From an uncultured Bacteroidales bacterium (GTDB taxonomy: Bacteria; Bacteroidota; Bacteroidia; Bacteroidales; WCHB1-69): DNA of 64,000 bases. Location: positions 46,289 to 110,288 of the forward strand of contig CAMHNQ010000001.1 in the NCBI GenBank assembly GCA_946186495.1. Direction: 5' to 3'. Made by a program: the position numbers and the translations under genes. Positions 40,725 to 49,516 of the stretch are shown here, piece by piece. The notes under the pieces are model-generated. The model had not been told where the DNA came from. It ran no database searches and saw only the letters and a list, made by a program, of their open reading frames with translations. Numbering within the stretch: the stretch's first letter is position 1; the number at the start of each line of letters is the position of its first letter.

Positions 40725-41324
40725 ATGAAGATTCTAAAGAAAACCGTAACAATAGTCCTAATATTCGCCACGCTTCTTTTCATGGGCGGGTGCGGTATCG
40801 CACAGCTCATCAACCTGATCAATTGCAAGTTCAGTCTGGCGAATATCAGTGACATCACCTGGGCTGGCATCAATCTGAGCAACATAAAGAATGTCAGCGA
40901 CTTACAATGGTCCGACTTGCAGAAGGCCATTGTAGCCATCAAGAACAAGGACTTCAAGGTGGGCTGTAATGTGAACGTTAACGCGAAGAACGAAACCGCC
41001 ACGCCCGCAAAGCTGTGCGCGTATGATTACGAGCTCTTTCTGGAAGATTCCCCGATAGCACATGGCAGCAACGCCTCGAAGACCACCCTGATCAATCCTC
41101 AGTCAACAACACTGATACACGTACCGCTGAGCCTTGACCTGTACAGCATTTTCAAGAACGGCGATACCAAGAACGTCGTCAATTTTGCCCGCAATCTGAT
41201 GGACTACGGGAACGGCACCGAATCAAACGTCAAGGTGAAGTTCACACCGTATATAAATCCTGCAAGTGCCTCTGGCAAAGGTACGAAATTGCCTTCTATC
41301 ACCTTAAACAAAACCTTTCAGTAA
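40725..41324 (+). CDS. Lipoprotein, LEA type 2/WHy-like
   Basis: Start MKILKK; lipobox GGC; NCKF, V.N...TPA....YDY.. Confidence 0.6.
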   Translation: MKILKKTVTIVLIFATLLFMGGCGIAQLINLINCKFSLANISDITWAGINLSNIKNVSDLQWSDLQKAIVAIKNKDFKVGCNVNVNAKNETATPAKLCAYDYELFLEDSPIAHGSNASKTTLINPQSTTLIHVPLSLDLYSIFKNGDTKNVVNFARNLMDYGNGTESNVKVKFTPYINPASASGKGTKLPSITLNKTFQ

Positions 41325-41339
41325 ATTAAACAAAACATT

Positions 41340-41825
41340 ATGATTCAAAGAGTTCAATCAATCTTTCTTTTGGTTGCCGCCATCATTCCAATCGTGCTCA
41401 TTTTTTTGCCGTTGGGTTATGTTGACACCGATTTGGCGCGATATGTGTACAATTCCATTTCGTTGAAGGAGATGGTGCCGGACGGTGCTTCCGTCCTTCG
41501 GCTCTACTACGTTGCCTTCTGCCTATTCCTGACCGCCGGACTCTCCGGCGTGGCTATTTTCATGTTCAAGAACAGGGTAAAACAGATGCAGGTGGTATCC
41601 ATCACCATGATTGTCTTCCTTATTACGCTATTGCTGATGTTGTGGGTGTGTCCGGATATCGTTTTCAAGAAATTCTTCAATGCCCGCATGGAAAGCTTCA
41701 TGTTTACTTTCAACACGGTTCCTTTGTTGATTCTCATTTGCGTAGAGGCGGTGTGTCTTTTCATGGCGAACCGCTTCATCAAGAAGGATGAGGCGTTGGT
41801 CCGTTCCGCCGACCGTTTACGGTAG
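41340..41825 (+). CDS. DUF4293 family membrane protein
   Basis: MIQRVQSIFL, IFMFKNRVKQ, IKKDEALVRSADRLR. Confidence 0.9.
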   Translation: MIQRVQSIFLLVAAIIPIVLIFLPLGYVDTDLARYVYNSISLKEMVPDGASVLRLYYVAFCLFLTAGLSGVAIFMFKNRVKQMQVVSITMIVFLITLLLMLWVCPDIVFKKFFNARMESFMFTFNTVPLLILICVEAVCLFMANRFIKKDEALVRSADRLR

Positions 41826-41843
41826 GGTGGAGCTGTTTTCCGG

Positions 41844-41879
41844 AAAAAAAAACGGACTTCGATGGAAGTCCGTTTTTTT
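41844..41879. terminator. Bidirectional intrinsic terminator
   Basis: A9-CGGACTTC-gatg-GAAGTCCG-T7. Confidence 0.88.
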
Positions 41880-41880
41880 G

Positions 41881-41955
41881 TGGGAACTACTAGATTCGAA
41901 CTAGTGACCCTCTGCTTGTAAGGCAGATGCTCTAAACCAACTGAGCTAAGCTCCC
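41881..41955 (-). tRNA. tRNA-Val(TAC), CCA not encoded
   Basis: GGGAGCTTAGCTCAGTTGGTTTAGAGCATCTGCCTTACAAGCAGAGGGTCACTAGTTCGAATCTAGTAGTTCCCA; anticodon stem TCTGC/GCAGA. Confidence 0.97.
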
Positions 41956-42040
41956 TGCCATTTTCGGCTGCAAAGATACACTTTTTTTCATTATCTCGAC
42001 AACTTTCCCAGATATTTCTTTTTCACTGATCCATAGCGGA

Positions 42041-42619
42041 TTAGAATATGACGCCAGCGGATATGCTGATGAACTGGGGCTTTCTCCCGGTCTTGTCTCG
42101 GAAATAATATTGGAAAGAGTAGCGATAGTCGACCCCAAGGGTGAGGAATCCGAAGCGGAAATCGAACCCCGTGGTCAGTAGTGTCCAATGGTTCTCTATA
42201 TTCTGCTTGCTGTACCCCAAAATGTTGTCGGTGACTTTCAACAGCGGTTGGTAAAGAATCCCCACGTAGGGCTGGAACGCGATTTTCTTGGTGATTTGCA
42301 CGTTTCCCACGGCTTTGACAGGGATCACGAGATAGCGGGTCTCCACCATGTCGCTGACAGGTTCGGGGTCGGAGAGAGAGACATCGAAACGGCTTTTGAA
42401 GTATTGATAACCCAGGCCCACTTCCCCATATACATATTTTCCTGCCCGGAAATAGCCTCCGATATGCGGAGTTTTCAGAGTGGAGAGGTAGTCAACGTCG
42501 GAATAGGCCCTCACCAGGGGGAACTGAGTGGAGACACGTATTCCTGCCTGGTACCAGTTTTGGGCGTGAATGGCTTTCGCAACCAGCAATAGTGCTATGA
42601 TTGTCAACAGTTTACGCAT
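42041..42619 (-). CDS. Outer-membrane beta-barrel protein
   Basis: Signal peptide, amphipathic strands, terminal ISAGVIF. Confidence 0.7.
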   Translation of the reverse strand: MRKLLTIIALLLVAKAIHAQNWYQAGIRVSTQFPLVRAYSDVDYLSTLKTPHIGGYFRAGKYVYGEVGLGYQYFKSRFDVSLSDPEPVSDMVETRYLVIPVKAVGNVQITKKIAFQPYVGILYQPLLKVTDNILGYSKQNIENHWTLLTTGFDFRFGFLTLGVDYRYSFQYYFRDKTGRKPQFISISAGVIF

Positions 42620-42637
42620 AACAGCATGTTTTTGGTG

Positions 42638-43261
42638 TCATAATTCTGTATTGGATTCGGCGATGCTTTTCGCCCGTTCCGTCTCGGCAGTGTTGAACTG
42701 GTTCATGGTGCGCTGCATTCCAATCGTGACAAACGACTTCACTGCGCTGACGGCACGCTCGATGCACGGTTCGACCAGTTTCAGTTCTTCGGAGGAGAAA
42801 CGGCTGAGCACATAATCGACCTGATAGCCTTGGGCGTAGTTTTTCCCGATGCCGCAGCGCATTCTCGGGATGTCCGTGCGGCCTAAGGTTTCGATGATGT
42901 CCCCGATGCCGTTGTGGGTACCCCCGCCGCCTTTAGGTTTCAGCTTGAAGACGCCCAGGGGGAGGTCAATGTCATCGTAGATCACCAGACAGTGGTCCAG
43001 AGAGACGTTCTCCTCCGCCAGCCAGTGTTTCACAGCCTTGCCACTGAGGTTCATGTAGGTGGTGGGCATGATGATGACCAGCTCGCGCCCTTTGAAAGAA
43101 GCCCGGGCCACGTAAGCCAGGCGGCCGGGCGTGAAGGTTGCCTTGAAAGCCTTTGCCACGGCGTTGGCCACTTCGAAGCCGTAATTGTGGCGGGTGCCCG
43201 CATATTGCTGTTCGGCATTGCCAAGCCCCACTATCAGGTATCTTTTCTCATTCTCCATCAT
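42638..43261 (-). CDS. pth: Peptidyl-tRNA hydrolase
   Basis: LIVGLGN, TRHN.GF, TYMNLSG, DDIDL, GGTHNG. Confidence 0.95.
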   Translation of the reverse strand: MMENEKRYLIVGLGNAEQQYAGTRHNYGFEVANAVAKAFKATFTPGRLAYVARASFKGRELVIIMPTTYMNLSGKAVKHWLAEENVSLDHCLVIYDDIDLPLGVFKLKPKGGGGTHNGIGDIIETLGRTDIPRMRCGIGKNYAQGYQVDYVLSRFSSEELKLVEPCIERAVSAVKSFVTIGMQRTMNQFNTAETERAKSIAESNTEL

Positions 43262-43820
43262 TCACCCCGCTTTCTTCTTCGGTCATGTTCACAAAAAAGG
43301 AAAAATGGAGTTTCCCGTAGCGCCGGTGATCGTAGAATTTGGGATGCCCCGAGAAGTCGTGCGCTATGGAATGCTCCATGACGAGCCAACCGTCTGGCAG
43401 CAGCAGGTTGTTGCCGAACACGTTGTCGATGATTTTCCCGATGTCGGGGAGGTCGTACGGTGGATCGGCGAAGATGATGTTGAACTGCTGGCGGCATGAG
43501 GCCGTGTAGGCGAAGGCGTCCTGCCTGACCACTGTCACCTGGTCGTTATAGTGCAGCTGGTCGACAGTCTTCTGTATAAATCTGGTACAAAGAGGGTTCT
43601 CGTCAACAGACACTACGGAGATGGCACCGCGCGAGGCGAACTCGTAGGTGAGGTTCCCCGTGCCTGCGAAGAGATCCAGAACCCTGACGTTATCCAGATA
43701 GAAGTAGTTGTTCAGGATGTTGAAAAGGCTCTCCTTGCCCATGTCCATGGTGGGGCGGACGGGGAGGTTTCCCGGTGCGACGATGTGCCGGCCCCTGTTT
43801 TTTCCACTGATGATTCTCAT
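43248..43820 (-). CDS. rsmD: 16S rRNA m2G966 methyltransferase
   Basis: MRIISG, VRPT, LDLFAGTG, FADPPY, YG. Confidence 0.92.
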   Translation of the reverse strand: MRIISGKNRGRHIVAPGNLPVRPTMDMGKESLFNILNNYFYLDNVRVLDLFAGTGNLTYEFASRGAISVVSVDENPLCTRFIQKTVDQLHYNDQVTVVRQDAFAYTASCRQQFNIIFADPPYDLPDIGKIIDNVFGNNLLLPDGWLVMEHSIAHDFSGHPKFYDHRRYGKLHFSFFVNMTEEESGVNDGE

Positions 43821-44494
43821 GACTGCAAGACTTCGGTTTTCAATTTACACGATTTCAACAGCTGGGTCAGCTTCCTGTTTTCCCCGGCATAGGCAAGCTG
43901 GAAAATTACGGGTTGACGGAGGTTGAACTGTGTCAGGATATTGCATATATAATATAATGTGTCGGCCGGCTCGGTCAGGTGGAACCTGTTCATGAAGGCC
44001 AGCGCACCCTTGTGGACGGCCACGATGTCGGTGAATGTCGGGTTCGGAGCCACGAGAAGGGCGGATTCGGCATTCGATTCGGAGAGGAAGCGGTAGAACA
44101 GGGTGGTCTCCGCCGTCACTTCATAGGGGTAGGGGAGACGCGACAGGGTGTCCGTCACATTTTTAGGCAGGGAGTAGACGGCTTTGTAATCGCCGGCCGT
44201 GTCGGCGAAAACGCCTCCGATGCTGGAGGTGTCGAACTGGAGGTCGAGGTATTCGCGGTTCTTGTCGGGGTCATGCAGTTCGGAGGGCACCAGAATGGGG
44301 ACGTGCCGGGCGGCGATGACGGAGACATGGTCGCCAGGCTGGAAGAAGCCCGGCGCCTCGGTGGTGATCAAGGCGTTGGAGGAAGCGGGGAATGTCTTGA
44401 CATCCAGCCGTTCACCCGAATGCCTAAAAAACGAAAATCCATCCGGCGCTATGCGAATGGATTTCCCGTAATATTTCTTGAATATCGGATTCAT
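43817..44494 (-). CDS. DUF3822 family protein
   Basis: SIRIAPDGFSF, LVPSEL, NRF....DTLYY; typical position before rsmD. Confidence 0.75.
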   Translation of the reverse strand: MNPIFKKYYGKSIRIAPDGFSFFRHSGERLDVKTFPASSNALITTEAPGFFQPGDHVSVIAARHVPILVPSELHDPDKNREYLDLQFDTSSIGGVFADTAGDYKAVYSLPKNVTDTLSRLPYPYEVTAETTLFYRFLSESNAESALLVAPNPTFTDIVAVHKGALAFMNRFHLTEPADTLYYICNILTQFNLRQPVIFQLAYAGENRKLTQLLKSCKLKTEVLQS

Positions 44495-44502
44495 AAGCGG
44501 TA

Positions 44503-45183
44503 TTACTCCCAACTGCCGGCCGTGGAGGCTTCGGTCAGAGAACCCATGGTCAGCGGGTCGTACTGTTCGCGGTATTGGGCTTCTGTTGACAAATCGTTAT
44601 AGAAAATCTTGTTCCAAAGCTTCGTGAGGACACCGGCATTCTCGGGGGTTATGGACTTGTCCATGTTGATGAGGATGTCGTCCAAAGAGACTTCGATGCG
44701 GTAAACCGGCACGGTGTAGGTCTTGCTGGAGAGGGAGTCGACCTGGATCTCGTACTTTTTGGTCTTGCCGGAGAAGGGGATGTATTGGAAGTTCTTGAAA
44801 TTCTCCTTCGGGATTTTGTGGTCGATGTCGAGGATTTTCTCGATGGCGGGCACAGTGACCACCTCCTTGTGGATGAGCCCCAACTTGAAGGCCTGCGCCT
44901 CGCTCATGGTGTCGGGGAAGTTGCCCACGTTCTTTTCAATCTGCACGGTCCCGTTGTTGACGAAATCGACCAGCTTGTCGATGTCATCGGCATAGACTTT
45001 GTTCACGTTCTTGTAAACGGCCTGTGCGCTGCGGATAGCCAGCAGGTTCTGCACGTTGGCTTCCTTGCGGAGTTGATAGACGGATTTGAATTTTTCAGGG
45101 CGCATGATGCTGCGCGCGGCAAAAATGGCTAATACCACCACTACGATTGCCAGTAATGTTGCGAATAACCTTCTAATATTCAT
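44503..45183 (-). CDS. Conserved Bacteroidota membrane-anchored hypothetical protein
   Basis: N-terminal TM; IRSAQ..YK, YIPFS, C-terminal MGSLTEASTAGSWE. Confidence 0.75.
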   Translation of the reverse strand: MNIRRLFATLLAIVVVVLAIFAARSIMRPEKFKSVYQLRKEANVQNLLAIRSAQAVYKNVNKVYADDIDKLVDFVNNGTVQIEKNVGNFPDTMSEAQAFKLGLIHKEVVTVPAIEKILDIDHKIPKENFKNFQYIPFSGKTKKYEIQVDSLSSKTYTVPVYRIEVSLDDILINMDKSITPENAGVLTKLWNKIFYNDLSTEAQYREQYDPLTMGSLTEASTAGSWE

Positions 45184-45299
45184 AACGTTATATAACTTTT
45201 TTGTTTAATGCCTCTATTTAGAAAATTCTTGCAAAAATAGTAAAAAAACGACTACGATTGTCCGTTTGTGGAAAATAATTTTCAATACAGCATTGTGGA

Positions 45300-45938
45300 C
45301 TAAAAAAGCACACGGTGTATGCCGGGGTCGTAGGAGCGGAAGAGAAGTTCCTTAATCAACTGGTAATCACTCTGTTCCTGTACAAAATCAACATTCCCGA
45401 TGTCGAGAAGGAGGATGGGGACCTGGGGGTTCTCCTTGAAGTAGGTCAGATATTTCTCCTGGATGCCGGAGAGATATTCAGCCGTGATATCCTTCTCGAA
45501 GTCTCGGTTCCGCTTGGCTATCTGCTGGAGCAGCCGGTCGGGAGTGGTGTACAGGTAGAGGATGAGGTCGGGCTTGGGAAGGAATCCGGCCACCGCGTCG
45601 AACACCTTCTTGAATAGCGAGAACTCGTCCGTGGTGAGGTTGTTCTTGGAGAACAGGAGGCATTTGTCGATGAAATAGTCGCCGATGACGAAGTCGGTGA
45701 AGAGGTCGCGCGCCGAAAGCAGCCCCTTGAGCTGCTGGTACCGGTCCATCAGGAATGTCATCTCAACCGGGAAGGCGTAGTGCTCGGGGTCCTTGTAGAA
45801 TTTTTCCAGAAACGGGTTGTCGGCAAAGCGCTCCAGCACCAGCTCGGCGTTCAGGTCGCGGGCCAGCATAGTGGATAGGGTGGTCTTCCCGGCCCCAATG
45901 CAACCCTCCACAACGACATAGTTATACGGGATCTTCAT
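45300..45938 (-). CDS. Deoxynucleoside kinase
   Basis: VEGCIGAGKTT, NPFLEKFY, DY, PDLILYL, KRNR.FE. Confidence 0.92.
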   Translation of the reverse strand: MKIPYNYVVVEGCIGAGKTTLSTMLARDLNAELVLERFADNPFLEKFYKDPEHYAFPVEMTFLMDRYQQLKGLLSARDLFTDFVIGDYFIDKCLLFSKNNLTTDEFSLFKKVFDAVAGFLPKPDLILYLYTTPDRLLQQIAKRNRDFEKDITAEYLSGIQEKYLTYFKENPQVPILLLDIGNVDFVQEQSDYQLIKELLFRSYDPGIHRVLF

Positions 45939-46371
45939 GGTTGTCGGTCAGGTTGATGTTCAGTTCCCGTAACGGCGCCATGACGAACTCGCGCTCGGCA
46001 ATATGCGGGTGCGGCAGCGTGAGACGGTCGTCCTTGTAGCGGATCCCGTCGTAGTCCAGGATGTCCAAGTCTATGGTTCTCGCATGATACACCGGCTTCC
46101 CGTCCTGCAGGAAACTCTTCTGCGTGCGCCCTAACTTTCGCTCGATCGACTGCAACACGTCAAGCAGCTCCAACGGCGCGAGGGCGGTCTCCACCACCAC
46201 CACCTGGTTCAGGAACGGGTCGGAGTCGAACCCCCACGAAGGGGTCTCAATGACAGAGGAAGCCCGTGACACAACACCGGCATCCCAAGCTATGAGAATC
46301 CTCGCTATCCGCAGGTAGAACGCGCGGTTGCCCTGGTTGCTGCCCAACCCGATAATGGCACGATGAGGCAT
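45922..46371 (-). CDS. folK: 2-amino-4-hydroxy-6-hydroxymethyldihydropteridine diphosphokinase
   Basis: GLGSN, FLNQV, IE..LGR, RTIDLDIL, LPHP..ERE; start 46371 or 46386. Confidence 0.95.
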   Translation of the reverse strand: MPHRAIIGLGSNQGNRAFYLRIARILIAWDAGVVSRASSVIETPSWGFDSDPFLNQVVVVETALAPLELLDVLQSIERKLGRTQKSFLQDGKPVYHARTIDLDILDYDGIRYKDDRLTLPHPHIAEREFVMAPLRELNINLTDNHEDPV

Positions 46372-46389
46372 GTCTTCCTTCCGCAAGGG

Positions 46390-46539
46390 TTAGTTGTTGA
46401 CGAAAAGCAACGGCTGAGACGCAATGCCCGCCATCACACTCAGGGATTTGGAGTAGTTGAGAATGTTTTCGATAATCCTTCTCGAAGGCTTCTCCCTTTT
46501 GGTTGTCTTTTTTGTCACAGGGGTATAATTTTTATCCAT
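46390..46539 (-). CDS. Small 49-aa protein missed by the ORF track
   Basis: Manual translation MDKNYTPVTKKTTKREKPSRRIIENILNYSKSLSVMAGIASQPLLFVNN*; fills the gap directly upstream of folK. Confidence 0.7.
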   Translation of the reverse strand: MDKNYTPVTKKTTKREKPSRRIIENILNYSKSLSVMAGIASQPLLFVNN

Positions 46540-46577
46540 CGGCAATTCTATTTGGTGATAAACTTGTCAAAACGGCT

Positions 46578-46599
46578 TTTTAACGAAAAATCGTTAAAA
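46578..46599. promoter_or_regulatory. Perfect inverted repeat, probable operator
   Basis: TTTTAACGA-AAAA-TCGTTAAAA, ~40 bp upstream of the small ORF. Confidence 0.5.
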
Positions 46600-46654
46600 T
46601 TATTGTACACCCGCGAGAAAAAAAAATCGCAGCCTGGAAAACAAGCACCGCGCC

Positions 46655-47023
46655 CTATTTCTTGAATATGAAATAGACCGCCAGTATCAGGAGGCAGAAC
46701 CCGATAATGTGGTTCAACCGCAGCGACTCACTCTTGAAAACAAATACCGTGATGAGCGTGAAGACGGTCAGAGAGACGAACTCCTGGATTACCTTCAGCT
46801 GCCAGAGATTGAACGGCCCACCGTTGTCAATGTAGCCGATACGGTTCGCCGGCACCATGAAACAGTATTCAAACAGAGCAATGCCCCAGCTGAACAAAAT
46901 CACCATCGGCAGGGAAAGCTTGCCGAACCAGGCGGTCTTCTGCAAATGGAGGTGGCTGTACCAGGCAAACGTCATGAAGACATTTGAACAAGTCAAAAGC
47001 AGAAACGTGTATAATCCTTTCAT
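46655..47023 (-). CDS. DMT-family small membrane protein (DUF486-like)
   Basis: SNVFMTFAWYSHL, SWGIALFEY..VPANRIG, QLKVIQE. Confidence 0.9.
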   Translation of the reverse strand: MKGLYTFLLLTCSNVFMTFAWYSHLHLQKTAWFGKLSLPMVILFSWGIALFEYCFMVPANRIGYIDNGGPFNLWQLKVIQEFVSLTVFTLITVFVFKSESLRLNHIIGFCLLILAVYFIFKK

Positions 47024-47204
47024 GTCTGAACATTATATTAATGACTAAATAGAATGGGGGAGCGGGATAATCTCCCCTTTTGAAAACGGCGGCAAAAGTA
47101 GTCTTTTATCTTGTTCAGAATTCAAAATCCGAGACCTTTTTGTCAACACCCCGTCATTTTACGATTTTGACATTTTACCCACACAAAGCACACAACAAAC
47201 GGTT

Positions 47205-47392
47205 GTTTACATTTGTAACAATACGTGGCATGCTATGAAAACACGCGTGTTACAAATGCATCATAAGACGCGCTTTGTGGTTTACAACTGTAACACGCAT
47301 ACGTATCACGGCAACTCTTATATGATACATTTGTATAAACCCGACTTCGTCACAATTCCCAAATGTTACAATCGTCGTGATACGTTTGTACC
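47205..47392. repeat. Array of WTACA-NN-TGTAW palindromes
   Basis: 47207 TTACATTTGTAA, 47250 TTACAAATGCAT, 47282 TTACAACTGTAA, 47325 ATACATTTGTAT, 47366 half site, 47380 ATACGTTTGTAC. Confidence 0.75.
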
Positions 47393-47688
47393 TCACATCA
47401 AAGCAGGACGACAAAAAAAGCACGGGTGGTGGACTGGACTTTTTACAGCTTACAGTCGCATTGCCAGGACTTGTTTGTTTGCAATATTAGCAGATATAAT
47501 ATTTTATATAACAGCTATATATAGATGTTATATAAATAAGTTATGGAAGTAATAGCCTCTGTTTGCTCAACAATTCCGGAAAAGCCATAGTTTTAAATTA
47601 AAAATAATTGATTATATGTGTATTATACAATATTATCTAATGTTTTGATTTAATATGTTATAAACAATAGGGTTTTGGAGGGTAGTGG

Positions 47689-47697
47689 TGTGGATAA
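47689..47697 (-). promoter_or_regulatory. Consensus DnaA-box sequence (TTATCCACA) next to a very AT-rich tract
   Basis: TGTGGATAA on the + strand; function unproven. Confidence 0.35.
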
Positions 47698-47816
47698 GTG
47701 TGAACGGAGCCGTCTTTTTGTAACAAATCCACAATATACACGTATAACAATGTTACATATTCGACCTTAGTATTGTACGAGTGTGTCTTTTAGTTTATGA
47801 TACAAATATAAATATT

Positions 47817-48470
47817 ATGATAGAACGTATTCGAAAAGTGATTGACTATTCACAATTATCAACGACTGAGTTTGCAGATACAATTGGAATAAGCCGTTCT
47901 GGGCTGACACATCTGTTAACAGGACGTAATCAGCCAAGTTTGGATGTGAGCCGCAAGATTTTGGCAAAATTTCCAGAAATCTCAACAGAGTGGTTGATCA
48001 TGGGAATGGGGAAAATGATTCGTCCGGAAGAAGACGGGATAGGGGAGTCGGCTGTTGTTGAAATGCCGGAAAGTCCATCCGACCTTGATAGCGGACAACA
48101 GTATGAGAGCGAAAATTCCAAAAAGAACCAGCAGATCGATCTCTTCGGCGAATATGAAATTCGTGACGAATCTGAAGAGGTTGCCGTCGAGGAGGCATCC
48201 GCAATATACCCTGAAGTACCCGGAAATGAGCTGGAGGCAGATGCGGTACCCGATGTGGAAGTGCTGACAAGCAAGTCGCCCAAAGCCGCTGTAGCGGAGT
48301 CTTCACGCCGTATTCCGCAACAGCCGGTTCGACCGAAAAGGACGCAGGAAAACCGTCAGCAGGTAAGCGTCATCAGGCGCGAACGGCATCCGAACGGCAA
48401 CGAGCGGAAGCTTCAGAAGATCATCTTCTTCTATGATGACCACAGTTTCGAAATCTATACGAATATTTAG
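47817..48470 (+). CDS. XRE-family HTH protein with acidic disordered linker and short C-terminal beta motif
   Basis: FADTIGISRSGLTHLLTGRNQPSLD...WLIMGMG; C-terminal RKLQKIIFFYDDHSFEIY. Confidence 0.88.
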   Translation: MIERIRKVIDYSQLSTTEFADTIGISRSGLTHLLTGRNQPSLDVSRKILAKFPEISTEWLIMGMGKMIRPEEDGIGESAVVEMPESPSDLDSGQQYESENSKKNQQIDLFGEYEIRDESEEVAVEEASAIYPEVPGNELEADAVPDVEVLTSKSPKAAVAESSRRIPQQPVRPKRTQENRQQVSVIRRERHPNGNERKLQKIIFFYDDHSFEIYTNI

Positions 48471-48487
48471 CCTCCGCCGACTATTGG

Positions 48488-49423
48488 CTATCGCAATTCC
48501 CAGTCGGCGAGTTTCATGTCATCAGCTTCCAGGATAGCGATGTAATTCAAGTATCGTGAGGGAGCGATTTCGCCGTTTTCCACTGCTTCCTGCACTTTGC
48601 AGCCGGGTTCGTGCGTGTGGCTACAATCGTCGAATCTGCAACAGTTGTTGTAAGCGCGGATTTCCGGAAAATAGTCGCGAATCTCCTCTTTCGAGTATTG
48701 GATGAGGCCAAACTCCTTGATGCCGGGGGTGTCAACCATGTGCCCGCCCGCCAGCGGAAACATCTCCGCAAAAGTGGTGGTGTGCTTCCCTTTGTTGTGA
48801 ACGTGCGAGATGTCGCCTGTCCGCAAATTGAGAGTCGGGTCTATCGCACTGATTATGGCGGATTTACCTGTTCCTGAATGGCCGCTGAAAAGGCACACAT
48901 TGCCACTTACCATCCCGCGAAGCGTCTCTATGCCGACTTTGTCCACCGCAGATGTCCGGATACATCGGTAGCCTATACGCTCGTAAATCCCTGTAAGTTC
49001 GTCAACAACGTCCAACTCAGATTTGTCATATAGATCCATCTTGTTGAATACCAAGCATGTAGGTATCCGAAATCCTTCTGCTGCCACCAGAAAACGATCG
49101 ATGAAGCCAAGGGAGGTCCTGGGTTCGCGTAGTGTGATGACCAGGAATGCCAAGTCGATGTTTGCCGCAATAAGATGCCGGATTTTCGACAGGTTGGTGG
49201 ATTTTCTCTCTATATAGTTTTTCCGCGGCGCGATGCGGGTGATAACCCCGGAGCCGTCGCTCTCGATCTCATATTCCACACGGTCGCCGACAACCACGGG
49301 GTTCGTGTTCTTGATGCCGTGTATGCGGAACTGCCCGCGCAGCCTGCATTCCAGACGAGATCCGGTCGTCTCGTCCAACACAGCGTACCAGCTGCCTGTG
49401 GATTTGGTGATTAGCCCCTTCAT
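48488..49423 (-). CDS. rsgA: Ribosome small subunit-dependent GTPase A
   Basis: VVGDRV, AANID, NKMD, GHSGTGKS, GKHTTT, DTPG, CRFDDCSH.HEPGC. Confidence 0.97.
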   Translation of the reverse strand: MKGLITKSTGSWYAVLDETTGSRLECRLRGQFRIHGIKNTNPVVVGDRVEYEIESDGSGVITRIAPRKNYIERKSTNLSKIRHLIAANIDLAFLVITLREPRTSLGFIDRFLVAAEGFRIPTCLVFNKMDLYDKSELDVVDELTGIYERIGYRCIRTSAVDKVGIETLRGMVSGNVCLFSGHSGTGKSAIISAIDPTLNLRTGDISHVHNKGKHTTTFAEMFPLAGGHMVDTPGIKEFGLIQYSKEEIRDYFPEIRAYNNCCRFDDCSHTHEPGCKVQEAVENGEIAPSRYLNYIAILEADDMKLADWELR

Positions 49424-49488
49424 TGTCTATCGGTAATTTTCATGCCGCAAAGATAACAAATCTCTCAATAGTGCGCACGGCCTATTCT

Positions 49489-49516
49489 ATTTAACATAAT
49501 ATAAATTATAAGACAT
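49489..49516 (-). other. dif: dif site (XerC/XerD chromosome dimer resolution site)
   Basis: Minus strand ATGTCTTATAA-TTTATA-TTATGTTAAAT: XerD arm identical to E. coli dif, 6-bp spacer, XerC arm ending ATAA; intergenic. Confidence 0.85.

Noticed and set aside
47205-47392. Possible CRISPR array
   Set aside because: Repeats are only 12-14 bp, degenerate and irregularly spaced; no cas genes.
47235-47552. 105-aa plus-strand ORF over the palindrome array
   Set aside because: Atypical AT-rich composition, no motifs, and it coincides with the repeat array.
47590-47735. Firm call of oriC
   Set aside because: Only one perfect DnaA box here, no clear DnaA-trio run, no dnaA/gidA nearby, and a dif site 1.8 kb away argues for the terminus; kept only as an alternative.
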